NCBI GenBank assembly: GCA_964199315.1
Contig: OZ116704.1
Location: 11,842,001 to 11,906,000, forward strand
Length of the DNA: 64,000 nucleotides
Source: Orbicella franksi
Taxonomy: Eukaryota
Reading direction: 5' to 3'
The notes under the pieces were generated by a model, which saw only the letters and a program-made list of their open reading frames with translations, was not told where the DNA came from and searched no databases. Shown piece after piece: positions 12,001-25,775 of this stretch (positions are counted from its first letter, which is position 1; each line of letters opens with the position of its first letter). A program made the translations under genes and the position numbers.

Positions 12001-15000
12001 TTTCGCAGCTCCAATAATTCACCTACTAAAAGTGGAATCTATGTTATAAAGATTAACAGTCGTTTAGAGAGAAGGGTAAAAAAGAAAGTAGCGGATTCAA
12101 AAATCGTCCTGGTAATTCTGCTGACCAGTGACACAAAGGCGCGCTATATAAGGAAGTCTTCCCTGGAAAGACGAAGGCTCATTTGTCAGTCACCGTTGAC
12201 CTGCGAGGGTCAAATTCAAAATGGCGGGCGATTTGAATACACGAAATGTAAGCTGTAAGTGAATTAAATTGCCTTTGGTGTCTCTACTTGTCTCTGTTTC
12301 AAGGAATCATGTTTTCAAGAGGATTATAAACTGATATTGTTCTGATGTCTACGCGAATAATTGTTCTACAATTGGACCCGGCTAATTCGAACCGTTTATT
12401 TCGAATTCCCCGTTATTTGGAACTCAAAACTATTTGCCTTGGTTTTGCTCTTCAGTTATTTACTATGGACTATTTCTAATTCCTATTTTTTCGAGCAATT
12501 TTTCGTTTCCCCTGCGAGTTGGAAATAGCGGGGTTCACATTTGTAATGTCAAGTCCGATCCCAGTGGGTATTGTAGAATACTGTCAGAGCGTGAAGCAAG
12601 CATTTTGTGGGTGAATTCAAAATTAGGGGGAGAAGCTTATGCTCTTTTATAACGCGCCTTCGTGTTTAAGCTAACCCAGGATAAGCGAGATTTTTTATTT
12701 GAGTCTTGTAACTTGATAACCATGATAATCATGAGAAAATCAACTCATGGGTATCCTTTCCTTTCCTATATGAGTATGGGGCTCCACTTGGCGGCCCTTC
12801 GGGCGGCCGGAGCTCGAAGCATGGAAAATAACTAAACGAGTCGAGTCAATTTACTGCGACTTACTTGCTTCAGAATCCAGTGTTATGTTTCCGCCATCGT
12901 AGCCCTCAGGAACTGAAAACCAAAACACAACCAATCAAAAAACGCGTGGATCACTTGAGGTAAATCAGGCAGCTTCTCATAGTAAGCTTTTTATGTTTGG
13001 CATTTTGTATCGCACATGAGACCTATATGAATCGAAATGAGGGCATATGAGGGAGAAATATTTCGGGAATTCGTGTTGTTGTTGTATTGTTGCTGTTTTC
13101 TGATGGAGATGAAAAGTATATTTTAAAGAACTATCCAGCCATGTCTAAACACATAATCAATCTTTTATCTGCCGAGAATGCATGACAGATCCATATTTGT
13201 CCCTAGATGGTCGATAATAACCATATTGTTGGATAGTAATTGAAAAAGGGCGTGTTTTATCCACTAAACTGCTCTCAGTAACTGCTATCGTTGTGTCGTT
13301 ATGTCGAGGAAACAATGTAAGTCTCCAGTTTTGGTGGCTTTTAATACTAGTAGACCAGAACACCACGATCCTATACTACATACGACGATAGTAAAGGTCA
13401 TATTTATTTGCGCCAAAATAACCAAACGTTAACTAAAACGTTACCTAGGAAACCGCGCGTAATGCCTGTAATGAGTATGTTAACTCGCGGTAAAATGAAA
13501 ACACATTGCAAGGCTATCAAAATTACTGCTGTAACATTCTTCAGACAGTCTATCAGACAATCAGTGTGTTAGACAGTATGTCAGACTGTACTGTCAATCA
13601 GCAAGCCAGCCAGTCAGACAGTCAGACTATCAGTGAACTAGCCAGGCAGTCAGACAGTCGACTGTCAGTCAGCCAGTAAATCATACAGACAGTCAGACAG
13701 TCATACCGCCAGACAGTCGGACAGTCAGACCGACAGACAGTCAGACCGTCATACCGTCAGACCGTCAGACAGTCACACAGTCAGACAGTCAGAAAGTCAG
13801 CCAGTCAGAAGGTAAAATTAAAAACTACTGTTTTGCTGAGCACAAGTTTTATTACTACCTGGGGGAGTTTTGACCTCTTGCCTCCATGATTTACAACGAA
13901 AAAAGTTGAGTAAAAGAGGCTGACACACTTACTTGGACTCGGAGCTTTACAGACTTGCCCTTGAGCATTGAAACCAAGTGGACCAGTATTCGCTTGAGGG
14001 CAATTGGTTTTAACTGCAGGGCATTCTTCAGGAGCTAAGAAGAGAGTAAAGAAAAAGAGACAAAATTAGACTACTTTTAAGACGACTTCGTGACGAACCT
14101 AGGGGGGGGGGGGGGGGGGAGGAGTATACCTTGGAATTATTTTTTGCGAGAGCTTCCAGCCTCATTCTCTGAATCACGAGTACATCTCAGATCAAGTGCC
14201 ACATTTTTTTGTAGCAGTTTTCAGACCTGTCGTTTCCATTGGCACATTTACGAGTTCGCCAACTACTTTTCCTTATCACTTTTGAAGTCTACTCCACACC
14301 CAATAAATTTTAGACTATAAAGGCATACATGTACGGTCACTGTAGAGCACACGGGGTGGACTTAACCGCCATGTTTTTACAAACAAGAAACAATAGGAGG
14401 ATATGTATTCATATTCTCTCCTCAGTTGCTTTGAATTAATTCCGAATATGAACCTAAATCAATGCCACTTCCCGTAACAACTTACGACATTTTCCTGTAC
14501 GCTCAAGGCTAAATAGCTAAATGTAGTGAGGTACTCTCGCCAGCGGTAGGACGAGAAATTTGCTTTCATGAGGAAGGGGCCCTATACATCTTGAACAATT
14601 ATCATGCGTGGACAGTTCTCACGCGGAAAAGTGCGTGGTAAGAGTCGACAGTGTGGACCTCCTGTCCAAGTGGAGATGATAAATCATACAAGGCTAAAAA
14701 GTACGTGCGCAGCAGTTTTTTCGCGTGTAACCCTTCTTCACTGTGACGTTTAGTCTAACATGTCACTCATGATGTGAGTTTCTTGCTCGTATGCCCCTAC
14801 TGGTGATCACATATTTTATCTAAATATTCTATTTTATTAGTTAGATAAGTTCGATTGTGAACAGATATAAGAATCGCATGTTTCAATTTGCCCCGCAAAG
14901 AGTTTCAGCTGCGGTGGTTAACCGTGTTATTTTCATACGTTTAAGACCATTTCTCTCAGGCAATGAATTTACTAACTGTTGCGTTACAGATAATAGCATA

Positions 15001-18000
15001 TCACAACATATAGTGTAACCCTTCCCCAAATGACTTTTTAAGATGGTTACCATAGTTCAGTTAATTACATACATGAGTGTCTTGTAATATTCTTGCCTAA
15101 CAATTAGGAAATATTTCTATCGTGTTCTACTCTAAAAAAAAAAAAGAACAGAACCTCACCGAGAGCTTTATACGTTGCATAGAAACCAGGCCAGTTGTTT
15201 TTTCTGTAGGCGCTAAACCTCAGGAACATCTCATTCTCGAAAGAAGCAAATGAATATAACTCCTTGCATCCGCACAGGACTTTAACATCATTCGTGATGT
15301 TTCCACGACGCTCGCTGATGGTGATGCTGTCATCCCCACAGCTCCCTTGACGGGAATATCGATGATCTTCAATACCAAGAAACTGGATTGCGAATTGCAC
15401 GCGATGCCCTCGAGGGGCTATGATTGTCCATAAACACGTTTCGTCAGCGTTGTAGTTGTTCGGAAAGTTTGGGCTTGTTAGCACTCCTGATAGTCGTCTT
15501 AGCTCGATGTTCACGCCACAGAGACCTGGAATTTTATCGCAAAAAATAGAAACTACTACCTCATGAACTTCTTATATATTGCCCGTTGTGTTTAGTTAAG
15601 CGTTCAATGAATTTTATAAAGGACTATGTACTAAGACTGTTTGAGGCAAACCATAAAAAAAATATCGAGATATTTCCCCTTAATTTTTTAATTAGCAAAT
15701 AAGATTTTCTGGCACATTTTCCCCTCGATTATTGTGACCTCCAAGAAAGTAAAAAGTAAAAGATTATAAAGGAAATAGGAAGGACCACGTTACCCAGGCA
15801 TTTTACAAGAAGTGATGACAAATTACAGCTCTTGACTGGTGTAATTGGATACTCAAACAATCAATAGTGTATTAGTAATAATAGTGTAGTAGCCTAATAT
15901 GGCTAACTGCTCGAGGTCACGTGATCACACGTTCTTGTGTTTTTTTTAATTCCACACACATAATGGGGTTGTCACTTTGCATGCAAACGCTCCAAAGTTG
16001 GCGAACCATGAGACATACTCAGATCAGTGTTGCAATTATGAATGAATCAAGGTAGAAACTTACTTGGTTGGGGTGTGCATTCAATTTCGCCTGTAGAAGA
16101 AAGCAAACACAAGATTACTTGCGCTTTAAATAACAGAATAATCAATATAGTTAGCAAAGTAGACAGAAGCGGAATTGGTGAGAAGAAATTTAAAGATATG
16201 TTAATAGTTTTAATAGAGATTTCCTCGCTTTGTTTGTTCAGCTCATTCGCTTTGGTAAAATCGCAAATTTCTTTTAAGGTTAATTATTGTTTCGAATAAA
16301 TGATTAGACTTTTTTTATGGCAGCTTCGCAAAATCTATATATTAGATACGTAAACAAGTGGATGAATATTAAATTTAACTGACTGACTAACCGACCGACC
16401 CACCGACTGACTGACACACTGACTGACTCTCTAATGCACTGATTGTCTGACTGTGTGACGGTGTGACTGTCTGACTAGCAGACTGGCTAGCTAGCTCACT
16501 GATAGTCTACCTGACTGTCTGACTGTCTGACGGGCTGGCTTACTAACTGACAGTATGACTGTCTGACTGGCTGGCTGGCTGACTGACAGTCTGACTGTCT
16601 GACTAGCTCACTGATAGTCTGACTGTCTGACTGGCTGGCTTGCCGACTGACTGATTGAATGACTGTCTGACTGTCTGACCGTCTGACTGGCTAGCTCACT
16701 GATAGTCTGACTGTCTGACTGGCTGGCTTGCTGACTGACAGTCTGACAGACTGTCTAACACACTGACTGTCTAACACTCTGACCGTCTGATTGTCTGACT
16801 GGCTGGCTAGCTCACTGATAGTTTGACTGTCTGAGTATCTGACTGTCTGACTGTCTGACTGTCTGACTGTCTGACTATCTGGCTGTCTGACTGTCTGACT
16901 GACTGATTAACTGCCTGCCTGCCTAAGTGATTAGCTGACTGGCGCATTAAAACGGACAGAAAACCAGACAGGCAGACTTTGTTTTGGGTCAACTCTTCCC
17001 TCAGTAAGAAATTGCTATTAAGCTGGCACCAAGTAGCAACCTTGCACTCTTACCAGGATCAATCGGCCTATACGCAATTTTAAGCTCGTCATTCACGCTG
17101 AAAACAGCAATCACCGTTTGAAGGAGAACTGTGCTTCCGCTGGAGAACAGCTTAAGAGAGCCAATCACACACGAACCATACTTGCCAATCACAGGACTTG
17201 AGGTATCAGCACCGTCACGGATCATCAAATAGTCATCCTGCCCGTTTAGTTTCAGCGAGTTGATCGTAATCTCGAGCTGGAAATTTTCTTGCGCCTGGAT
17301 TATCCAGATGCAGGAACTGTCAGTAGAGCCATTCGGGAATACTGGCGTGGAGATTTCACCAGGGACCTGAGCGTCAATGGCAATATTGGTATTCGAGGGA
17401 GAACAGACTGGAAAAAGATTAGCAAATGCCCTGTCATTGCAACTTCTGTATTTGAGGATGAAGCCTTAGGCCTTGTAACCAGTGGTCATAGCATACCTCA
17501 AGTGCTTTAACTGTAAGTCAGTTATATTGTTCCCGGTGGTTCTATGCATGCGTGACGTGTGTAGCGGATGAATGAAACTTATTGCGTGACTATTCAAATG
17601 ATAGCTATTGAGAGACATGTTGTCTGATCGTCAGTCTGACCTGCTTTACAATATTCTATCACGTGTAATTTGTACTTTTGCTCAGGACAACAAATCAGTC
17701 AAATCATATTCTGAAGGTCTTCATTACCAACCGAAATAACAGGACTGGATATGTTATTGCACTTTTGGCGCCTAAACATCGACCTAATTAATAAGAAAAT
17801 TAACTATTTCTACGTTTTTCTGCTGAGAGGAAGGTCGAGCAGAACTCTAGTCCAAGGCATTGTAAGTTATGCCTCAAGTCAAAGTCCAATTGTTTATGAT
17901 CAATTTGAGTCTGTTTACTTGTAAAATACTGTAACAGTATCATGAGTGGCCCTTTCCACATTTGACACGATTTGAGCAAAACATACACCACGTTATAACA

Positions 18001-18624
18001 TCATGAGGTGTATTCAAATCGATCAACACCGCACAGCTAGGTCCGCACAGCCTGAAGTCAGAAACTTCAAGATAATACAAATTTGCTTTTAACTTTAAAC
18101 ATGCAAATTGTTACCCACAAAGAATGCAAACCATGTGGGCAGAATAACAAATTAATTTCAAAGCTATAATAATCTGTTTCAAGGAGTGTTTGTTCGGTGT
18201 CTTCAGTCTAATGATCTCCAATTCCAGTTTCTTATTGAGATAAATAGCGACCTTTAACAAGAAGTTCTGTCACGACACAGCTTTATTTACTACTACAATA
18301 ATGTTCTTGGTTAATGTTGAAGTGATTTGTTTAATAGTGTTTATATTCGCACGTACACATACACAACAATTGCACGTTTGAACACGAGCATTGGTAAATG
18401 AGAAAGGGAAAACTACGGTCGAACTTCTCTTTACGGAGACCTTTGCTGGCTTAAATTACAATTTTTACTCGGAATGAGTTTTTCGAACGTTGGAAAAATC
18501 AAAGTTATTATTATTTTCTTAATCTCCATCCACTCATACCTGCAATATTTCCTTCTGCTTCTTCTAGGAATGGTGCGCAAACTGCACCCAAAATGAGCAG
18601 CTTTGAAAACAGCAGCAAGTTCAT
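9087..18624 (-). CDS. Gene A: CUB-CUB-ZP transmembrane protein (CUZD1/DMBT1-like architecture), about 655 aa, 9 exons
   Basis: Exons 18624-18540 (MNLLLFSKLLILGAVCAPFLEEAEGNIA, signal), 17407-17054 (CUB1), 16090-16064 (27 nt, GEIECTPQP), 15525-15160 (CUB2, LTSPNFPNNY...CLWTIIAP...LCGCK), 14034-13933 (3-Cys module), 11935-11570 (ZP-N), 11113-10891 and 10379-10114 (ZP-C, furin site RRRRR then hydrophobic patch LYVGPL), 9265-9087 (TM MVIIVGVVVGVLGTVAIGLIIAVIII, stop TAG). Phases are consistent throughout; total 1968 nt = 656 codons with all AG/GT boundaries. Confidence 0.9.
9553..9723 (+). mobile_element. Deleted copy of the CCCGGG-ended MITE seen at 40861-41324
   Basis: Shares GGTCATAAATAGGGTA-GGGAA-ATCG-AGATT...AAATAGGATAA...CCCAATTTTTCTGGGAGT-CCCCC with 41207-41324. 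Confidence 0.6.
11290..11500 (-). mobile_element. tRNA-related interspersed repeat fragment
   Basis: The reverse strand contains a B-box GGGTTCGAATCCC (plus strand GGGATTCGAACCC at about 11319-11331) and a degenerate A-box, without an acceptor stem. It lies in a gene A intron. Confidence 0.45.
12368..12546. mobile_element. Degenerate pogo/Tigger-like MITE
   Basis: TA-bounded, with degenerate inverted termini (TACAATTGGACCCGGCTA-TTCGAA / GGAAATAGCGGGGTTCACATTTGTA) and internal repeated TATTTCGAA motifs. Confidence 0.4.
12715..12815 (-). mobile_element. Fragment of the repeat family seen at 59630-59960
   Basis: Reverse complement of GGAGCCCCATACTCATATAGGAAAG-AAAGGA-ACCCATGAGTTGATTTTCTCATG-TTATCA at 59800-59870. 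Confidence 0.7.
13545..13810 (+). repeat. Complex CAGT/CAGA tetranucleotide-derived repeat
   Basis: Runs of CAGACAGT/CAGT units. Positions 13561-13643 are the reverse complement of 16689-16766. Confidence 0.9.
16380..16960 (+). repeat. Complex CTGA/CTGT tetranucleotide-derived repeat with higher-order units
   Basis: Repeated CTGACTGT units plus a recurring block CTAGCTCACTGATAGT (four copies, at about 16491, 16604, 16691 and 16807). Confidence 0.9.
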
Positions 18625-21600
18625 CTTCAACCCAGGCCGCAAGTGGTCAACTCACAACTTGCGTGAGATGAGAACTGATTTTCGCCCTTGAAACAGCGTC
18701 CGCAGACTGACTTGTCGCTAAAAGGTCCTCCTGTGGTTCCGTTTGACTGATCAGAAAACAGAGATGTTGAATATTCTAGACTAGACTTTGGCATGCGCCA
18801 CCTGCACTGCGTACTCGTTCTATGCTCGATCATTCAAACCCTTTGCATTACCGCAGAAAACATCCGAATGGGTCTCGGTATCACATTACAGTTAATGTGT
18901 AGCATGAATGCCAGCGCCTAGTGATAGAATTGGCATCTTGTTTTCATATGCCGTGGAAGATCCAGTCAATTCATCGATGGATAATCAGAGTAGGAACAAA
19001 AGATCTGATTCAATATTAGTTTGTTATTCGCTTCTTTTGTGCTAATTGCACCACGCTTATGTATTGTCCGTGTGAAAGCCCATATGATAATGCTGTACGG
19101 TCTCTATGTTATAAAGTCAGTTCTCTCTTAAATAATAAGAATAAAACAAGAATAACTAGTTAACAAGGAACTGTTTCTGGTCCCTGCAGACCGAATCTGT
19201 AAAATTAGCTTTGAATGTTTACACCAAGCTTACCGCTTTATTATATGTGTTTGACACGAACCGGAAGATACTAAACACAGGTAATTTATGCAAATTATGC
19301 AGAGGTGTCCCTGCTATTGCATTCCAACTGTTTGTTATTAGAACACGCTAGTGGCTCTCCAAATGAAGACAGAACCTTTTCCAAGTTTTCCTATCTAGTT
19401 AAAAGTTATGCGCATTGAGCTGGCATCATGCAGCTATTCAGGTTTTCGTTTTCGCATGTACTAGTCAATTAACTTAAGCAGACTCCATTACCGACCACGC
19501 CACTTTTGCAGTGGTGCCAAAAAGACTGTTTAATAAGACGATGAACACGTTATCAGTGAAAAGGTTTTAACCTCAGAATTTGAGTTTAAGACGTCCTCTG
19601 CCTCTTGTCATAGTTAGTAACCAACTATGACTATTAACTATGCTCTTGTGAAGGTGATTGCTTATACCCGGCGATAAGTCAATGAAATTCTGAGCTTGTA
19701 AACGAAGATTGCACGTGGTGATAGGGAAATAGCACCATTTAGGCGAAGACTTATCCTTTATTGAAAAAGACAATAGATAATTAAGCCATTTGTTATTTTG
19801 CAAAGATATTCGGGGTAAATTTAGCGTGACAAAGCTCAACCTGATACAAACGTGCTACTTCTGTGAAATACAGCGATCTTCATGATACTTCCACGACTGT
19901 GAAGGAATTCCACCAAATCATAAAAACCATGATATCTATACTCTCAACTTTTCGCTTACAGGAAGCTACAGGACGGTTACTATTCCCTTGTGCTTCTTGA
20001 TTGACGTTACACCGGTATTTGGACTGAGAAGAACATTTATGTTGCTCTCGTTCAGTGGGAGCTATCCTGCGCAAAGAGAGCACTTGGTCAAGTTATACAC
20101 TGACCTATACAAGGGGAATTAAACGGGTCAACTCAGTTAGCAAAACGAGACCAACAAAACGTTTGAGCTTTGCATTTTGCAGGAATTATACTATTTCAGC
20201 CCTGGCCTCAATGAGATGTGGGTGCAGGCCATGATCAAAGCCGCGGCAAAGAGTTGATGGTCCTGAAGCAAGCGGACACATGATCAAGGAAGCAGTAAAC
20301 AAGTCATGTCACTTTCGTGCTTATGCTTGGAAAATGCATGTGTTTCTGGTACAACTATTCCACACACGTACCAGCCAGTTTCCTTTCCTAGGGGAGGGGG
20401 GGAGGTGGTGGGGGAACGAGACTGGTTTGGGAGCCTACACCAACTAAACTTCTAAATAAGTCAGCTAAGCGTGAGGAAGTAAGCGCAATTTACCTGGGGT
20501 TCGATTTGGTGCATTAGGCAGGGGATGACAATACCGATCTTAACAGTCCTCGTCTGCCGAGATTTCAACAAAAATGGTAGTCTAGTTATTAAAACATATT
20601 TCGCACATCTAAGAAAACAGAATATACTTTATTCGGATTTATTTTGGCAGTGAACAATACAACTTACAAAAGTTGTCCTCTCTAGGCTTCTTAGGAGCTG
20701 TTTATACATTGTTAGAAATCGATCAACGGTTTCATAGGCATCATTCATGTTACACATAGGATCTCCAGACCTTGGTTAAATTTCGTCGCTCGCTTGCTGG
20801 CTTCCAAAAGGCCCAGTTTACTCAAAGAGAGATAAACTTAAGCGAACAGAATTTATGAAGTGGTAAAGTTTGGTTTGCAAACCTGATCAATTTCTCCGCC
20901 AAAACTCTGGACTTACAGTAAAGGACTGGGGTCGAGTCCTTTGAAGGTCACTTGGAACTTTGAAAGTAGCTTCCCAGAAGCCTAAAGGATCAAGAATCTT
21001 GCCAGCAATATGCAGGTGTGCGGTGGAACGTTACAAAGGCTTCACAAGAACTTGAAATCTGAATAAAGTTAATCTGCAACTCGAAGACTTAAATTGTTAA
21101 GATTACTAATGGTCTACTAATGACAAAGGCTATGTTATACCTTGTTGTTAGCAAGGATGAATGCTCAGGCAAATAATCTTATTTTCTCGCTTACTCGACT
21201 GAACTGCCTTGGCAAGTGATGAACGGACTAACAAACAAAACTTTCAGTCAGGAACTCTACGGTACTGGGTTTTAGTGCACGAGTTTCCTTGCCTTTGGTT
21301 AAAATTAAGAACAGCATACCTGAGTCATCGGGGCTAGCGAGGAGAAAAGGTATTTATTTCTCCCTTATCGTAGTACAGCTTGAATATAGAAAGAGCATGC
21401 ATTCTTGTTACCCTTTAACCCACCGAAAGCAAGTTAACCTCTTAAATCTTATATTCCAAGTTACGTTTAAACGAGTTCTGTTCTTCTCAAGCTACCTTAG
21501 AACAACTCAAACATTCTTCTTAAAGAACGTCTTTAAGACATCCTACTTTTTGATTCCTTCTTGTCACAATCCACTCTCCCCCCCCCCCCCCCACCCTCTT

Positions 21601-22255
21601 TTTTTTCTCCAAGTCAAGACATCCACGAACTTTACCGAAACACTCAGAAAAAGCAAAGAATTGTGTGGGGACTATCTGCAATGAAACTTCCTCACAGCAA
21701 AAGTATTTAGACTTTTTAAGAAGCGGTCGATGGAACACGCTGCAGCAAAAGATAAAAAGTAGCTGTCCCCGAAAAAAGGTTAATGGATTTGAACCATAAT
21801 GACCGTTTTAAAGTAGCTTGAGCAAAACCTAAGTTTCCACAAAAAGGTAATTCGTTTCCTGATGAGAGAAACGGGTTCATAAAGCTGTATTGTCTAAAAA
21901 AAGTGAAATCATCGTAACTTACAGAGGAGCCATTTTACGGAAGTTATTTTCAAGGTGATTAGATGCGTAATAAAGGAAAGTTAAATTAAACATGTTTTGT
22001 TCACATAATCTACATAAATCAGGTCACGTAAAATGCGAATTCCCAAATAAAAATCATAGCTAGTGAATCAAATGAAAAGTAGTTTTAAAAGTAAACTAAA
22101 AATCCAACTTAAAAAAATATAAGATAGAGTGGCGATCTGTACTAGAAAATATAAGGTAGAGCGATCTGTGAGACCAAGCATTTTGATCTCGGACTACTTG
22201 ATTCTGTGAGGAAGATTCAGTTCTTTCAAACATTACAGCTTAAATGCCAATCTTT

Positions 22256-25200
22256 CTACATTTCTTCACCGACAATGAGGGAGGCGCCCTTCGCAGAGAT
22301 GTTGCGGCGTCGGCTGATGACGACTACCGCAATGATGAGGCCGATGGCGACGGTCCCCAACACTCCGACAAGTATTGCCACGATCATGACCATGCTGCTG
22401 TTAGAGGCCGATTCTGACTCGTAGTTGTGCTCTTCAGCTGTGGAGAGGAAAGCAGAGTTTTTTTAGAAGGACTCAAAAAAAGTAAGTGATAACAGCCCAT
22501 TCGTCCCTCTCTAACAGAGTGGTGGATTACGCCAGGTCAAGCCTGCCAAACACTGACAAATTTGAGTCACCCCCCTCCCACCCTCCCAAGGTTTCGGGTT
22601 TATAATTTAAGTGAGCAAAGTTCTTAAGCAAAGTACTGCCGCTTTCAATGACAAACCAAGCATTCTATCTATTTATCATCTTAAAGTCGATACAGTTAAG
22701 TTGACCGTCCTAATGAGTTTGTAAAATTGACTTCAGCCTGTCTTCTAAACAACTTCAAACCTTTTCTCTTAAGGGAAACGTTACAAACGTCACTAAGCCC
22801 TATAAAAACGCTACGGCGGTAAATTTTCCACAAGCAGATTTAGTTCATAAATAGCTAGTAAGAGTTCGGCTCAAATAAAAGATGGTAGATAAAAAAAATT
22901 CCAACTGTTAACACTTTTTTCGGCATCATGTTTGAGATTATGATCGACAACAATTTATGACGCCTTTAATTCAAGTGCAAAATAGTAATCAAAATCTGAA
23001 CTGTTTATCAACAAAGTTCCTGTGTTGAACAAGTCTTTTTATTCAACATTGAAATAGTTTCTTTACATTTTCATGACTTCAGACTTCCACTTCCTGGTGA
23101 TAAGGCATTTTCAGTTTTTCGATCGCTTACCTTGGCATGCTATCTATCCCAACGGCGCAAAAACCAATATAACCACAACACAATCGCCCTTATACGTAAC
23201 AGTATTTCAAAGTCAAACTGAGCCAAACAAGAACAATATTTTAGGACAGTTAAGCCCATTTTGAAAGAATTTTCTCACAGATGTTTATTTTGGCAGATGC
23301 AATGGAACATTCAGCAAGGCAAACAGTAACTTCGCTTGAACAACTCTTTGTGATCAACCTTTCCCAAGTTTCATTCATTTTACATTTTCTGTACTCCCTA
23401 CTAACTTTAATTAAGTCTTGTTTCAAAGCAAACATTAAAAAATTGATAACGTCACCATAAATCAGTTAAACTGGCGAAATTACTTACCAGGCTCATTCGT
23501 CATTTTCTTGGTTTGCAACGGTCCAACATAGAGCTCTGTACTCATATTTTCCTCGGTTGATCTCCTTCTCCTTCTGTTCTCGCCACATCCCCTGTCGCAT
23601 CGTGATCCAGCGTCATCTGTGCGGCAAACCGTCAACTTGCAGTGGATGTACACATCATCGTATCCTTCTTGGAAGCGAAAAGCGGCAAGATTGAAAAACT
23701 GCGTGGCATTTTTTTCGTACCGATAATCCAACGTGTTATCCCGGGAGCAACTGATGACAAAAAAATAGCAGTGAAAAGTTTTGTCATTTCCTTCATTCAG
23801 TCTAAGCTATTTATCAGTTATTAGAAGCCCAAAGGGACTTGCATGTAAAAAAGTGAACTTCTCCCCTAAAAGGAACATCAAAACTGCACTATATGCCGAG
23901 GTGAAAATGCTCACGGCTTTAGCGAGATTCATTAAAGGCTTTTTGTCCACAGATTCAGTAAAGATTTTCAAAGACTTACTGAGGAGTTTTTGATGACACA
24001 TAGCCAATTAGTAAGGAAGCCACACAGTTTCTCAACTTACGCGTCTTCAATGATAAGATGGACAGGAGTGGAATCAAAGCTCGACGATGCTGTGGCTTTG
24101 CAGACATCCGGGAACACAACCAATTCCGAGTCACCAGACTCCACTCGGAAACCAAAGTACATCCTCTGACCCAGACCAACCGCCTTTGGAAATTCAGTCA
24201 CGATTTCGTTGTTAGTTTCATCCTCGTACATGTCCATGTAATATGTAAAGTTGCCAATCCCATCTAGAAATGGAAAACAAAAATGGTATAGGACTTTTCT
24301 GGCACCGTCATCTGACACCGTCACTATTTGTATTCGAATACGTGTCACAACGGCACCAGCTTAAAACAAAGTGTCGTATTTAATCAACAGTTTTCGGTTG
24401 CTTTAATGGTTTTGGTTTCTTTGCGAAAACAACTAACAAAACAATGGTTCCTTCCTGTTGTATCAATTTTTTTCCTATGCACACCTACCTTGCGAAAATG
24501 GTTTTGTTATTAAGCGTGTTTTTGATAAACAAAACATCTTCCAAGGTTTCTTATTTAAAAAAGGCAAATGCTTTCAAACGTCCTTAGCCTGCGTAGCAAG
24601 CGTTTCTGTGGGGTTCGGGAGCAAAGAATTACAGCGCGAAAACTGGAGCCCCATTTTCCACGCAGACAGAACACCGAAAATCCCGTTCGTCGGTCTTTCG
24701 TTGCTTCCAAACCCCACGGAAACGCTTGCTACGCAGGCTAAAACGTCCTCGACGTATTGACCAGTACCAATGGTACATTGTAGGTGTCCTCCTATTTTCC
24801 CTCAAAAAATAACTCTGTTAAACTGACGTCTAATTTATCAACAGATACATATAACTACAACACGCCAACCTACGTTAGCTACAATTAATTTGTGTGTTCC
24901 AAAAAAGCATTAGTAAGATTTTCCAAGTTACCTGCATCTGTTATGATAAGAGTACTCCTTGGACTGTAGGACACTTTAGAGATTACAGTCTTCTTGTCGT
25001 ACCCACACTTAAACGGGATAATTTCCATATGCTCACGAGTAATCGCCTTATCGTCCGCCTTTTCATCAGCTTGGAGGTAAACACTGTTCATGTAGTAAAT
25101 CTTATCGCCATCGTCTTCTTGTGTAGTCATGCAGGCTTCAAGTCCAAAAGTGAACTTAACCATGTTCTCGTCCTTATAACCAGCCACACAAGCCTTGTCT

Positions 25201-25731
25201 TCAAGGTGAAGGACAGAGTCGTTCACAATAAGACCTGGATAGTCTGACAATTGGAGTGATACCTCAATGTAGTCAGCCATGCAAACAACGTCTATTTCTG
25301 GAAGGAAAAAAAAAGAGGAGTTAGGGGGATAAAAGCACTAATGTATCACTGCATGTAAGAAACAAAATTACTTGATGAACCCATCCATTATTTTATTTCT
25401 CTTAGTTAGCCAGCCAGTGACATCATTCTCAGTCTTTTGGCTTTATAAGCAAGTCAGCACTTGTAACCTATTTGTTCCTTACGTTTGGCAAGTAATCATT
25501 TAATAGTCTCTTTTTGTTTCTTGTTGTCGTTGTTTGATTTTCTATATCATATTCGGCCTTCATCAAATGAGGACTTCTTTAAATTTTTCTGTTGTGATTA
25601 AACTTCAATTTCTTGAAAATTAAGTCTAATTGACTCAGGCAAAACGTTGCCGAATGTTAAAAGCTGAACACTGTTCCCAAACTCACTATTATCAACATAT
25701 AGCTCTTTTCAGGAGGCGCCGCTAAAAATTT

Positions 25732-25775
<44 letters not shown>

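Noticed and set aside
16807-16992. ORF with QSDSQTVR repeats
   Set aside because: Translation of the CTGA-derived intronic repeat.
19880-21070. Protein-like stretches between genes A and B (e.g. IWTEKNIYVALVQWELS)
   Set aside because: Interrupted by stops in all frames and not assignable to any family.
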